A stretch of 49,234 nucleotides of DNA from an uncultured Myxococcales bacterium (GCA_964410765.1 CAYPII010000004.1:1-49234); one strand, 5' to 3'; positions 18,479 through 27,967 are shown, counted from the first letter of the stretch. Numbers and translations: made by a program. The notes: generated by a model from the letters alone, not told the origin.

Positions 18479-20056
18479 TCACTCGAAGCGCACCAGCTGG
18501 GCGTCGGTCACCGCGTCGTCGGCACGGATGGCGGCCAGCGCCTCGTCGGAGAGGGATTCGTCGACGCCGATGAGCGTGAGCGCGTCCTTTCCCTTCCCGT
18601 GGCGGACGTTCTGCATCTCGGCGATGTTGACCTCGTGCCTACCGAGGATCGTCGCGACGCGGCCGATCACGCCCGGCACATCGGTATTGGTGATCACCAA
18701 CACCGTGCCGACCGGATCGATGTCGACGTGGTAGTCGTCCAGCCGCACAATCTTCGGAGTCCCATCGGCCATCAGCCGCCCCCAGACCTCGGTCGTCTCC
18801 CCCTTCGTCTCGATACAGACGCCGATCGCGTCGCCCAGATCGCCCTTCTCCGAGTGCACCTCCTCGACGATGCCGATGCCGCGCTCGCCGGCCATCTGAG
18901 CCGCGTTGACGAAGGTGACCGCGTCGCTGACCGCGCGCGCGAGCACCCCGCGCACCGCCGAGAGCGTCACGAGCTTCGTCGCGCGCACAGTGGAGCGGAA
19001 GGTGATGCGGCCGACCTCCCCGCCGGCGAGCTGCGAGGCGAAGGACCCCACGCGCTCGGCCAGCAGCATCTGCTCGCGGAACTCCGCGAGGCGCTGCGGA
19101 TCGGCGCCGGGGAGGTTGACCGCGTTAAAGCTCACACCGTCGGCGAAGAACTGCGCCACCGCGCGCGCCGCCTCCTCGGCGACCGCCTCCTGCGCCTCGA
19201 CGGTGGAGGCGCCCAGGTGCGGCGTGAGGATGACGTTCTCGAGCCCCTGGAAGGTGGGCTTCGCGTAGGGCTCCTCGGTGTAGACGTCGAGCGCCGCGCC
19301 GGCGATCGTCTTCTCGCGGAGCGCGTCGGCCAGCGCCTCCTCGTTGACGATCCCGCCGCGCGCGCAGTTGACGAGACAGGCGGTCGGCTTCATCGACTGC
19401 AGCTGCTCCGCGCCGATGAGATCGCGCGTCTCGTCGGTGAGCGGCGTGTGGATCGTCACGAAGTCGGCCTCGCGCAACAGCTCCGGCAGCGCGCGCGGCT
19501 GGACGCCGATCGCCTCGGCCTTCTCGTCGGAGAGATAGGGATCGAAGCCGACGACGCGCATCCGGAAGGCCTGTCCGCGTGCGGCGACCTCCCGGCCGAT
19601 ACGCCCCAGGCCGATCACCCCGAGCGTCTTGTAGGCGAGCTGGTGCCCCTGAAACTTCTTCTTCTCCCAACGCCCCTCGCGCATCGCCGCCGCGCTCTGC
19701 GGAATGTGGCGCGCGACCGCCAGCAGGAGCGAGAAGGCGAGCTCGGCGGTGGAGAGCGTGTTGCCCGCGGGGGCGTTCACCACGAGGATGCCGCGCTCGG
19801 TGGCGGCGGCGATGTCGATGTTGTCGGTGCCCACGCCCGCGCGGGCGACGATCTTGAGGTTCGCCCCCGCCTCGATGACGTCGCGCGTAACCTCGGAGGC
19901 GCTGCGGACGACGAGACCGTCGACGTCACCGATACGCTTCAGAAGCTCATCGTGGGAAAGCTTCTTTTCGAAGATCACCTCGAGGTCGGCGTGCTTCGCC
20001 AACTCGTCGAGACCGGCCTGGGAGAAACCGTCGGTGCAGAGGATCTTGTAGGCCAT
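18479..20056 (-). CDS. serA: D-3-phosphoglycerate dehydrogenase with ASB/ACT domains
   Basis: RAGVGTDNID, GLGRIG, NCARGG, TPHLGAST, ACT domain DVPGVIG. Confidence 0.97.
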   Translation of the reverse strand: MAYKILCTDGFSQAGLDELAKHADLEVIFEKKLSHDELLKRIGDVDGLVVRSASEVTRDVIEAGANLKIVARAGVGTDNIDIAAATERGILVVNAPAGNTLSTAELAFSLLLAVARHIPQSAAAMREGRWEKKKFQGHQLAYKTLGVIGLGRIGREVAARGQAFRMRVVGFDPYLSDEKAEAIGVQPRALPELLREADFVTIHTPLTDETRDLIGAEQLQSMKPTACLVNCARGGIVNEEALADALREKTIAGAALDVYTEEPYAKPTFQGLENVILTPHLGASTVEAQEAVAEEAARAVAQFFADGVSFNAVNLPGADPQRLAEFREQMLLAERVGSFASQLAGGEVGRITFRSTVRATKLVTLSAVRGVLARAVSDAVTFVNAAQMAGERGIGIVEEVHSEKGDLGDAIGVCIETKGETTEVWGRLMADGTPKIVRLDDYHVDIDPVGTVLVITNTDVPGVIGRVATILGRHEVNIAEMQNVRHGKGKDALTLIGVDESLSDEALAAIRADDAVTDAQLVRFE

Positions 20057-20074
20057 ATTTCCTCTAATATTTTG

Positions 20075-20144
20075 TTGTCATTCCCGCATGAAGTAAGCGG
20101 GAATCCAGACTGGATCCCCCGACTTCTCCACTCGGGGATGACAA
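20075..20144. repeat. REP/RPE-like palindromic element (GTCATTCCCGC...GCGGGAATCCAG type)
   Basis: ttgtcattcccgc-N-gcgggaatccag-a-ctggatcccc-N-cggggatgacaa. Confidence 0.8.
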
Positions 20145-20152
20145 AAAAATTC

Positions 20153-21226
20153 TTATCCGTTCTTTTCAAACGCTTTCATATACTCGACCAGCTTCGCCAC
20201 CCCTTCCACCGGCATGGCATTATAGATCGACGCGCGCACGCCATCGACGGAACGGTGGCCTTTGAGCCCCATCATCCCCGCCTCGGCCGCGCCGTCCAGG
20301 AAACGCTTTGCAACATCCTCGGAAGGAAGCGTGAAGGTAACGTTCATCATCGAGCGGCTCTCCGCCTCGGCGTTTCCCCTATACAATGATGAGCGGTCGA
20401 TCGCGTCGTAGAGCATCGCCGCCTTCTTTCGGTTGCGCGCCTCGATCGCCGGCACCCCGCCCTGCCCCTTGAGCCAACGGAGGGTGAGCAGCGTCGCCCA
20501 GATGGCGAAGACCGGCGGCGTGTTCGAACACGACCCCGCCTCGGCGTGCGTGCGATAGCGCAGGATATTCGGCACCGACCGCGGCGCGCGCTCCAGCAGG
20601 TCGTCGCGGATGACGACGAGGGTCACGCCGGCGGGGCCGAGGTTCTTCTGCGCCCCGGCATAGACCAGCCCGAAGCGGCTGGGTTCAATCATGCGCGAGA
20701 GGATGTCGGAGGACATATCGGCGACGAGCGGCACCGTTCCCGTCTCGGGAAAGAGCGCGTACTGCGTCCCGAAGATCGTGTTGTTCGAGGTGATGTGCAG
20801 GTAACTCGACCCCTCCGCGACCGAAACCTCCTCGGGGAGCGGCACGCGGCTGAAGTGCGACCCCTCGGAGGTGAAGGCGACCCGCGCCTCGCCGAAGAGC
20901 GCCGCCTCGGCGAGCGCCTTCTGCGACCAGGCGCCGGTGATCGCATAGTCCGCGCCCCCCTCCAGGAGGTTCATCGGGACCATCGCAAACTGCTGCGTGG
21001 CGCCCCCCTGAAGGAAGAGGACGGAGTACCCCTTCGGCAGGCCCATCAGTTCCGTCACGAGCGCGCGCGCCTCCTCGAGGATCGCCTGCACGCGCTCGCC
21101 GCGGTGGCTGATCTCCAGGATCGATGCCCCGCCGAAGTGCGGGAGCTTGCGCGTGATCTCGTCGATGACCTCGGCGGGGAGCGTGGCCGGTCCGGCGGAG
21201 AAGTTGAAGCAGCGCTCGGTTGACAT
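20153..21226 (-). CDS. serC: Phosphoserine aminotransferase
   Basis: FNFSAGPA, LQGGA, NNTIFGT, DMSSD, GAQKNLGPAG (PLP lysine), KGHRSV. Confidence 0.97.
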   Translation of the reverse strand: MSTERCFNFSAGPATLPAEVIDEITRKLPHFGGASILEISHRGERVQAILEEARALVTELMGLPKGYSVLFLQGGATQQFAMVPMNLLEGGADYAITGAWSQKALAEAALFGEARVAFTSEGSHFSRVPLPEEVSVAEGSSYLHITSNNTIFGTQYALFPETGTVPLVADMSSDILSRMIEPSRFGLVYAGAQKNLGPAGVTLVVIRDDLLERAPRSVPNILRYRTHAEAGSCSNTPPVFAIWATLLTLRWLKGQGGVPAIEARNRKKAAMLYDAIDRSSLYRGNAEAESRSMMNVTFTLPSEDVAKRFLDGAAEAGMMGLKGHRSVDGVRASIYNAMPVEGVAKLVEYMKAFEKNG

Positions 21227-21262
21227 GGGGCGCGATTATCCACTAAAGCGCCTCCATGTCAA
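21220..21262. promoter_or_regulatory. Overlapping divergent promoter region of serC and the DUF1015 gene
   Basis: IR TTGACATGG / CCATGTCAA covers both start codons; minus strand reads TTGACA-N16-GATAAT-N8-ATG. Confidence 0.55.
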
Positions 21263-22152
21263 AAATTATCCCCTTTCCCGCCCTTCTCCCGCGCGCCGAT
21301 CTCGTCGATCGCATCATGGCACCACCGTATGACATCGTCGATACGACAGAAGCGCGCCGGATCGCGGCGGACAACCCGCACTCTTTCCTGCACCTGACGC
21401 GTCCGGAGATCGACCTCGACCACGAGGTGAACGCCTACGACGACGATGTCTACCGCACCGCGCGCGCCAACCGCGAGCGCTTCGAACGGGAGGGGTGGCT
21501 CGTGCGCGACGAACCGGCGCTCTACGCCTACCGCGCGACGCGCGGCGGACACACGCAGACCGGTTTCGTCTGCGGCGCCTCGGTGGCGGAGTACGAGAAC
21601 GGCGCGATCAAGCGCCACGAGAAGACGCGGATGCAGGCGGAGGACGAGCGCACGCAGCTGGCCCTCTCGGTGCGCGCCCATCTGGAGCCGGTCCTCTATG
21701 CACATAAACGGAACGATGCGATCGCGACGATTCTGGAAGAGGCCACGCGCGCAGCGCCGCTCTTCGACTGCACCTGCCCGGCGGGCATCCGCCACCAACT
21801 CTGGCGCGTCCCGCGCCCGGATGAACTCGTCGCCGCGGCGGCGGAGCTCGCAGCGCTCTATATCGCCGACGGCCACCACCGCTCGGCGGCGGCCGCGCGC
21901 GTCTTCCGAACGCTGCGCGAGGAGGACCCCGAAACCGCAGACGAGGCCGCCTTCTTTCCCGCCGTCGTCTTCCCCGACGACGAGTTGCGCGTCTATCGCT
22001 ATGACTGGGAGGGGCCGGCCGAGGAGCGGCCCTTAGCGGATGTGACGATGGCCGACATCATGGCCGTCGCAGACCGAAACGAGGTGATGCCGCCGAAGTC
22101 GACCTGGTTTGCGCCCAAGCTCGCAAGCGGGTTCTTCGTGTACACGTTTTGA
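21256..22152 (+). CDS. DUF1015 family protein (ParB/Srx-like DGHHR motif)
   Basis: PPYD, IKRHEKTR, YIADGHHR, MPPKSTWFAPKL; adjacent to serC/serA. Confidence 0.9.
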   Translation: MSKIIPFPALLPRADLVDRIMAPPYDIVDTTEARRIAADNPHSFLHLTRPEIDLDHEVNAYDDDVYRTARANRERFEREGWLVRDEPALYAYRATRGGHTQTGFVCGASVAEYENGAIKRHEKTRMQAEDERTQLALSVRAHLEPVLYAHKRNDAIATILEEATRAAPLFDCTCPAGIRHQLWRVPRPDELVAAAAELAALYIADGHHRSAAAARVFRTLREEDPETADEAAFFPAVVFPDDELRVYRYDWEGPAEERPLADVTMADIMAVADRNEVMPPKSTWFAPKLASGFFVYTF

Positions 22153-22170
22153 TGACCCCACTTCGTCCCA

Positions 22171-22266
22171 TTGTCATTCTGGGCGACCTGCTGACAAGCA
22201 GGAGCGAAGAATCCCCTGAAGGAAATGGCATGCGGAGATTCTTCGGCTAACGCCTCAGAATGACAA
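22171..22266. repeat. REP-like palindromic element (GTCATTCTG...GAAGAATC / GATTCTTC...CAGAATGAC type)
   Basis: Ends ttgtcattctg and cagaatgacaa are complementary; internal gaagaatc / gattcttc. Confidence 0.8.
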
Positions 22267-22296
22267 ACAGATCAACTGCACGACGAAGACGACCGG

Positions 22297-22908
22297 CTAG
22301 AAACCCACCTGAATGCTCAGGCGCACCGGAATGGCGATGATGGAGGTCCCGTTCGAGGAAAGGTGGCTGCCGAAGTAGTAGATCCAGCGAAAGGGGACCT
22401 CGAAGGCGAGCGCCGCGGAGAGCGTCTCGGTCCGTGAAAAGTAATAGGAGAGCCCCGGGCCGGCGCTGACGGTGATGCCCGCCGCAGCGGTCCGATCGTC
22501 GTACTTGCCCTCGGTGATGTAGGTCCACCCCGCTCCCGCCAGCAGGTGCACGTCGAGGCCGTTTGGCCACTCTACCAGATGCAGCACCCCCTCGATCGAC
22601 GAGCCAAACTGGTTCACCCACTCCGAATTGTTGAGCTTCAGTCGCGTGAATTCGAAGGGAAGCTGGATCCCCCAGCGCGAACCGCAGAAATCGTAGCCGA
22701 CCAGGGCGTTCGCACCGAAGCCGGGACCGAAGTTGATGCGCTGGCCGGTGTTGCCCAGGCGATGCTCGGTGCTGAGCATGAAGAGCTGCGTATAGCCCGC
22801 GCCGATGTAGAAGCCGTCATGGCCGCAGGCGAGCGCCCGGGCGGGCGCGACGAAGAGAGCGGCGGCGAGCGCCGCGGCTGCGAGGACGGAGCAGTATCGC
22901 GCTATCAT
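22297..22908 (-). CDS. Outer-membrane beta-barrel protein
   Basis: Signal peptide, GFYIGAGY first strand, alternating beta-strand pattern, C-terminal Phe (IQVGF). Confidence 0.8.
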   Translation of the reverse strand: MIARYCSVLAAAALAAALFVAPARALACGHDGFYIGAGYTQLFMLSTEHRLGNTGQRINFGPGFGANALVGYDFCGSRWGIQLPFEFTRLKLNNSEWVNQFGSSIEGVLHLVEWPNGLDVHLLAGAGWTYITEGKYDDRTAAAGITVSAGPGLSYYFSRTETLSAALAFEVPFRWIYYFGSHLSSNGTSIIAIPVRLSIQVGF

Positions 22909-23025
22909 CGTTCATCCTCCCCCTCCCCCAGCTGGCTCTCTATCCCGTTTTCCGCGCCGCCTGCAAGCCCTTTTGCCCCGGAGGCCGCCGTTGACAAACG
23001 CGCGGCGTCCCTCCATGAATCACCC

Positions 23026-24069
23026 ATGGCCGATTCCCCCGTTTTCTGGCTCCCCTGGGAAGAGCGCGACCGCCTGCCCGAGCTGCTCGCGGCGGGCGGC
23101 CTGCCGGAGCTGCTGCGCCCGAGCGACGTCGTCGCGGTCAAGATGCACTTCGGCGAGAGCGGCGGCGACGGTTTCATCAAGCCGGCGTGGACGCGCCCGG
23201 TGCTGCGCGCGATCCGCGCCGCGAAGGCAACCCCCTTCCTCACCGACACGAACACGATCTACCACAGCAAGCGCTCCAACGCCGTCGGGCATCTGGAGGT
23301 GGCGGCGAACCACGGCTTCACGCAGACGAAGCTGCAGACGCCGGTCATCATCGCCGACGGCCTGCGCGGCGACGACTACGTGCCGATCCCGGTGGAGGGA
23401 ACGCACTTCGAGACCGTGAAGATCGCGACGGGGATCGTGCGCGCCGACGCGATCGTCGCCCTCTCCCACTTCAAGGGACACATCCTCTGCGGCATCGGCG
23501 GCGCCATCAAGAACCTGGGGATGGGGTGCGGTTGCCGGCTGGGGAAATTCGAGATGCACTCGCAGGCAACGCCCACCGTGGCGGCGGAGCGCTGCACTGC
23601 CTGCGGCGCCTGCATCAAGCGCTGTGCGCAGGACGCACTCTCGCTCCAGGAGAAACGCATCCAACTGGACGAGTCGCGCTGCGTCGGCTGCGGCGAGTGC
23701 GTCGTGGAATGCGCCTTCGGCGCACTCTCCATCACCTGGACGCAGAAGGCCGCGTGGGTACAGGAGCGGCTGGCGGAGTACGCCGCGGGCGCGGTGGCAG
23801 GCAAGCGCGCGTACTACATCAACTTCGTCAACCACATCACGCCCAACTGCGACTGCATGGGAGTCAAGGAAGAGCCGCTCTGCCCCGACGTGGGGCTGCT
23901 CGTCTCGCGCGATCCGGTGGCGATCGACCAGGCGAGCTACGACCTCGTCGTGGAGGCGCACGGCGACGTCTTCGCAAAGGCCCATCCCGGCATCGATGGG
24001 ACGGTGCAGATCGCGCATGCGGAGCGGATGGGGCTGGGGTCGCGGCGCTACGAGCTCGTCCGCATCTAG
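23026..24069 (+). CDS. DUF362 domain protein with 2[4Fe-4S] ferredoxin domain
   Basis: VAVKMHFGE, SHFKGH, GGAIKNLGMG, CTACGAC..C, CVGCGEC..C, DPVAIDQA; TTGACA at 22991 upstream. Confidence 0.9.
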   Translation: MADSPVFWLPWEERDRLPELLAAGGLPELLRPSDVVAVKMHFGESGGDGFIKPAWTRPVLRAIRAAKATPFLTDTNTIYHSKRSNAVGHLEVAANHGFTQTKLQTPVIIADGLRGDDYVPIPVEGTHFETVKIATGIVRADAIVALSHFKGHILCGIGGAIKNLGMGCGCRLGKFEMHSQATPTVAAERCTACGACIKRCAQDALSLQEKRIQLDESRCVGCGECVVECAFGALSITWTQKAAWVQERLAEYAAGAVAGKRAYYINFVNHITPNCDCMGVKEEPLCPDVGLLVSRDPVAIDQASYDLVVEAHGDVFAKAHPGIDGTVQIAHAERMGLGSRRYELVRI

Positions 24070-24079
24070 AGGGGATGTC

Positions 24080-25336
24080 ATGCCCGAACACTCGCTCGAC
24101 ACGATCGGCCGATACGAGATCATCCGCGTCTGCGGGCGCGGGGGCTTCGCCACGGTCTACCTGGGGCGCGATCCCTACATCAACCGTCAGCTGGCGCTCA
24201 AGGTCAGCAACACGAACGAGTCGAAGGGGCGCACCTCGACGCTCACACGCCTCTTCCAGGAGGCGGAGGCGGCCGGGCAGCTGCTGCACCCGAACATCGT
24301 CACGATCTACGACGCGGGCATCAAGGAGCCGCAGTGCTACATCGCCATGGAGTACGTCGAGGGGACGACGCTGCACAAGTTCACGAAGCCCGAGCGGCTG
24401 CTGCCGGTCGCCGACGTGCTCGACACGATCATCAAGGTCTGCCACGGGCTGGACTACGCGCACCAGCGCGGCGTGATTCACCGCGACGTGAAGCCCAGCA
24501 ACATTCTCATCGGGATCAACGGCGAGATCAAGATCGCCGACTTCGGCCTTGCCTGCTTCTCCGAACTCGCCAGCAGCGAGCGGCGCACGGTGGGAACCCC
24601 CTCCTATATGCCGCCCGAACAGGTGCGCGGAGAGGGCTCCACGGCGCAGAGCGACCTCTTCTCAACGGGCGTCATCCTCTACCAACTTCTGACCGGCGCC
24701 AAGCCGTGGAACGCGGAGACCTCGCTGGAGATGCGCCACAAGATCGTCCAGGAGCGGCACATTCCGCTCCTCGAGCGCAAGGTGGACCTCCCCCCGGCGC
24801 TGGCTCCCATCGTCGACCGCTGCCTCGAGAAGGATCCGGCAAAGCGCTATCGCAGCGGATTTGAACTCGCGCGCGATCTCGAGGCGGTGCTCCTCGATCC
24901 GGCCGAGACGATCGACGGCAAGGTGAGCGAGCGCGTTCGAGGGCTGCGGAACCTGAGCTTCTTCGAGCCCTTCTCGGATGAAGAGATCGCCGCGCTGCTC
25001 ACCATCGGCACGTGGCTGACGCACAGCGCCGGCGAGACCATCGTGCAGGAGAACGAGCGCGGTCAGTCCTTCTACGTCCTCGTCACCGGCGCCGCATCGG
25101 TGATGGTAGGCGATCGCGGGGTCAACGTCCTCTCGCGCGGCGACAGCTTCGGCGAGGTCTCCTTCCTCCTCGACCGAAAGCGCACCGCCACCGTCACGGC
25201 GCTCGAGGGGTGCGAACTGCTGCGGCTCAACCCCAAGAAGATCGACATCCTCAAGCCGGAGACACAGATCACGCTCTACCGCGTCTTCGCGCGCACCATC
25301 GCGCAGTACCTCGTGCAGGCCGACCGGCAGCTCTAA
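24080..25336 (+). CDS. Hanks-type Ser/Thr kinase with C-terminal cyclic-nucleotide-binding domain
   Basis: GRGGFATV, HRDVKPSN, DFG, GTPSYMPPE; cNMP motifs GDSFGEVSFL and RTATV. Confidence 0.92.
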   Translation: MPEHSLDTIGRYEIIRVCGRGGFATVYLGRDPYINRQLALKVSNTNESKGRTSTLTRLFQEAEAAGQLLHPNIVTIYDAGIKEPQCYIAMEYVEGTTLHKFTKPERLLPVADVLDTIIKVCHGLDYAHQRGVIHRDVKPSNILIGINGEIKIADFGLACFSELASSERRTVGTPSYMPPEQVRGEGSTAQSDLFSTGVILYQLLTGAKPWNAETSLEMRHKIVQERHIPLLERKVDLPPALAPIVDRCLEKDPAKRYRSGFELARDLEAVLLDPAETIDGKVSERVRGLRNLSFFEPFSDEEIAALLTIGTWLTHSAGETIVQENERGQSFYVLVTGAASVMVGDRGVNVLSRGDSFGEVSFLLDRKRTATVTALEGCELLRLNPKKIDILKPETQITLYRVFARTIAQYLVQADRQL

Positions 25337-25379
25337 CCCATCGTTGCATTTTTTCCGGCCGCGCCGGATACTCGCGCCC

Positions 25380-26234
25380 ATGACGCCCAAGTCCAAGGCA
25401 GCGCTCTGGTCGGTAGCGGTGGCGGGCGGCCTCGCCGTCATCAAGCTCGCCGTCGCGCTCTTCACGATGTCGCTGGCGGTGCTCGCCAGCGCCCTCGACT
25501 CGCTGATGGACACCCTCTCGACGGCGATCGCCTTCATCGCCGTGCGCACGGCCGACAAGCCCGCCGACGGAAAGCACCCCTTCGGCCACGGCAAGGCGGA
25601 GGGGATCGCCGGCCTCTTCCAGGCCACCTTCATCGCACTGAGCGCCGGATACCTGATCTACACGTCCTTCGTGCGGATCATGCACGGATACGAACTCCAG
25701 AGCGAGGTGGTGGGGCTCGCCGCAATCGTCGTCTCGCTCGTCGCGAGCATCTTTCTCGCGCGGCACCTCAAGCGCGTCAGCCGCGAGACCGAGTCGACGG
25801 CGCTCGCCGCCGGGGCACTCAACTTCGGCGCCGACATCTGGACGAACCTGGGGGTGCTCGTCGCCCTCGCCCTGGAACGGTGGGCGGCGGTGAAGAACGC
25901 CGACCCGATCATCTCGATCCTCATCTCGATCTACATCGTCATCTCGGCGGTGCGCATCGGCATCGATGCGATCAACCAGCTGATGGACAGGACGCTCCCC
26001 GACGAGATGCTGATGATCATCGACGCGTGCATCCGCACGCGCGAGCCCTTCGTGAAGGGCTATCACAATCTGCGCACGCGGCGCGTGGGCGATGAGCGCT
26101 ACATCGAATTTCACGTGGAGATCGACCGGACGCTCTCGTTCGAGAAGGCGCACGACGTGACCGAGGGGATCATCCACGAGATCCGCGAGACCATCCCGCG
26201 CGCGAAGATTACCGTTCACACCGACCCGGCGTAA
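25380..26234 (+). CDS. Cation diffusion facilitator transporter (FieF-like)
   Basis: SLAVLASALDSLMD, HPFGHGKAE, ITVHTDP; upstream TTGCAT-N17-GATACT-N7-ATG. Confidence 0.92.
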   Translation: MTPKSKAALWSVAVAGGLAVIKLAVALFTMSLAVLASALDSLMDTLSTAIAFIAVRTADKPADGKHPFGHGKAEGIAGLFQATFIALSAGYLIYTSFVRIMHGYELQSEVVGLAAIVVSLVASIFLARHLKRVSRETESTALAAGALNFGADIWTNLGVLVALALERWAAVKNADPIISILISIYIVISAVRIGIDAINQLMDRTLPDEMLMIIDACIRTREPFVKGYHNLRTRRVGDERYIEFHVEIDRTLSFEKAHDVTEGIIHEIRETIPRAKITVHTDPA

Positions 26235-26271
26235 AAGACCGTTCGTGCCGTACTGAGCACGAACGGTCTTT
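26234..26271. terminator. Bidirectional terminator / REP-like hairpin between convergent genes
   Basis: Perfect 15-bp stem aaagaccgttcgtgc / gcacgaacggtcttt. Confidence 0.75.
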
Positions 26272-26294
26272 GTCTCCCAAACAAATGTCTCTTC

Positions 26295-26984
26295 TCATTC
26301 GCCGTCGGTTCCCTCCGGCCGGACGGGATTGAACTCGTGCCTCTGCGGAATCCGTTGCACCGCTGGCGGCATGTCCGTGTTATCCCGGTGGAGATGCACA
26401 TCGGTCGGGATGTTGCGAATATCGTACTCCTCGCAGACCGAGACGACGATGCGATCGGCGACCGCCGCGGGACCGGCGATCTCCGCGATCATCGTCGGCT
26501 CCTCCTCCTTGAGCTTCGGCCGCAGCGCGTAGCTCGTCACAACACCCTCATCCTCATGACGGACCGCGATCGCCGGGCTCTCGGGAATCGGTTCGAAGCC
26601 GGCGCCCGCCCATTCGAGCAGCTCGTCGAGCGAGATCATCGGCTGCACCGGCGCCTCGAAGACGATCGTGGCCGTCCCCTCGTCGGCGATCAGCTGCGCT
26701 CCCTCGCCATCCGCCACCACGTCGGCGGGAAGCGATGTGCGGAAGCAGAAACAGTGCTTGGCAAAGCGGCAGTCCTCGCCCACCGGACGCACCACGTCGC
26801 CCTCCTCCTCCGTCGGGTTGCCGACGCCGGTGCCGGCGACGACGATGTCGGTCTCGTCCGGGGCGCCTTCGTCACCCTGTGCGCCACCGCCCATCCCCGC
26901 GCCCAATCCGCCGCCGGGCGTGCAGCCCGCCAGGGCGATGAGGAATGCAGCGACGATCAAGAGGATTGAGAGTCTATTTCTCAT
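26295..26984 (-). CDS. Putative lipoprotein
   Basis: Lipobox LAGC after a hydrophobic leader; GTGVGNP motif; overlaps the stop of the upstream gene. Confidence 0.8.
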   Translation of the reverse strand: MRNRLSILLIVAAFLIALAGCTPGGGLGAGMGGGAQGDEGAPDETDIVVAGTGVGNPTEEEGDVVRPVGEDCRFAKHCFCFRTSLPADVVADGEGAQLIADEGTATIVFEAPVQPMISLDELLEWAGAGFEPIPESPAIAVRHEDEGVVTSYALRPKLKEEEPTMIAEIAGPAAVADRIVVSVCEEYDIRNIPTDVHLHRDNTDMPPAVQRIPQRHEFNPVRPEGTDGE

Positions 26985-27798
26985 GGCGCACCTCGCTTAA
27001 GGGAAAGAACTGAATGTTCAGCTGATAGACGCTCTCGTGCTGCGTCGATTCCGAGAGGTCGGCGTGCAGCTTGCGGTGAAACTCCTGGATGCGGCGCTTG
27101 GCCTTCTCGAAATCGTCGCGGGAGATGGCGACGGTGAGCGCCGAGAGCTCCCGATCGCGCGAGTTGACGAGATCGAGCGACTCCGCCGAGCGCTGCATCA
27201 TCTCGCGATGGAATTTCCACGCCGCCATAGCGGCGATCTCCGCCGGCGTCCCGATGTTGCGGTCGACCTGCTCGTAGCGCCCCTTCGCGATCCTGCGGAT
27301 GAGGCCGAGGCGCAACAGCAGCTCCATCGCCTCGTGCGCCGCCTTCATCGTGATGTTGGGCGTGAGCGTGCGCGCGATCCACTCCGGGTCGTCGGAGAAG
27401 TCGGGCAACAGCACCAGCTCGCGCACGGCGGCGTAGTACCACTTCGAAAAGTATTCGTACTGATCGTGTTCCAGGTGTTTGAGGGCGATGTACTTCTTCG
27501 AGGCGTTGAGCTTCTCGAAGTAGTACTGCTTCTGCTCTGTCTTCTTCGCCTGGTTCATGAGGACGAGATTTTCGAAGAACTCGCGCTCCGCCCCCTTGAA
27601 CTTGAAGTAGTCGACGAGCTTCGCCATCGAAGCGGGGCTCACGTTGCGGCGCCCCTCGATGATGAGCTGCATGTAGTTGGGCGACTTGAAGCCGGCGCGC
27701 TTCGAGACGGCGCGCGCCGAGATGCCGCGGTCCTTGCGCTCCTCGATGTAGTCGGCGAGGAATTGACGGTAGTCGAGGTATTCGAAGATCGTCTTCAC
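26974..27798 (-). CDS. TIGR02147 family (DUF4423) HTH protein
   Basis: IFEYLDYRQFL, AGFKSPNY, WYYAAVREL, FHREMM, VYQLNIQFFPLS; GTG start after GGAGG. Confidence 0.9.
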   Translation of the reverse strand: MKTIFEYLDYRQFLADYIEERKDRGISARAVSKRAGFKSPNYMQLIIEGRRNVSPASMAKLVDYFKFKGAEREFFENLVLMNQAKKTEQKQYYFEKLNASKKYIALKHLEHDQYEYFSKWYYAAVRELVLLPDFSDDPEWIARTLTPNITMKAAHEAMELLLRLGLIRRIAKGRYEQVDRNIGTPAEIAAMAAWKFHREMMQRSAESLDLVNSRDRELSALTVAISRDDFEKAKRRIQEFHRKLHADLSESTQHESVYQLNIQFFPLSEVRHEK

Positions 27799-27861
27799 GC
27801 CTGGGCCTCCCCGCAAATCCTCGCCCCGCAAGGATTCGCGCCGTTACCACCCTCTATCCTG

Positions 27862-27877
27862 AGCAAGAAATATGCCA
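27862..27877 (-). promoter_or_regulatory. sigma54 -24/-12 promoter
   Basis: Minus strand TGGCATA-TTTC-TTGCT upstream of the TIGR02147 gene. Confidence 0.7.
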
Positions 27878-27938
27878 CCCCCGCCCCATTCTCGCCAAAA
27901 GCGATTTGAAATCAAACGAGAATTCCCCTTCCTCCTCA

Positions 27939-27967
27939 TTATCGGCCGGTTGCAAGGTAGGAGTTTC
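27939..27967 (-). promoter_or_regulatory. sigma28/FliA-like promoter
   Basis: Minus strand GAAACT-N15-GCCGATAA. Confidence 0.55.
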
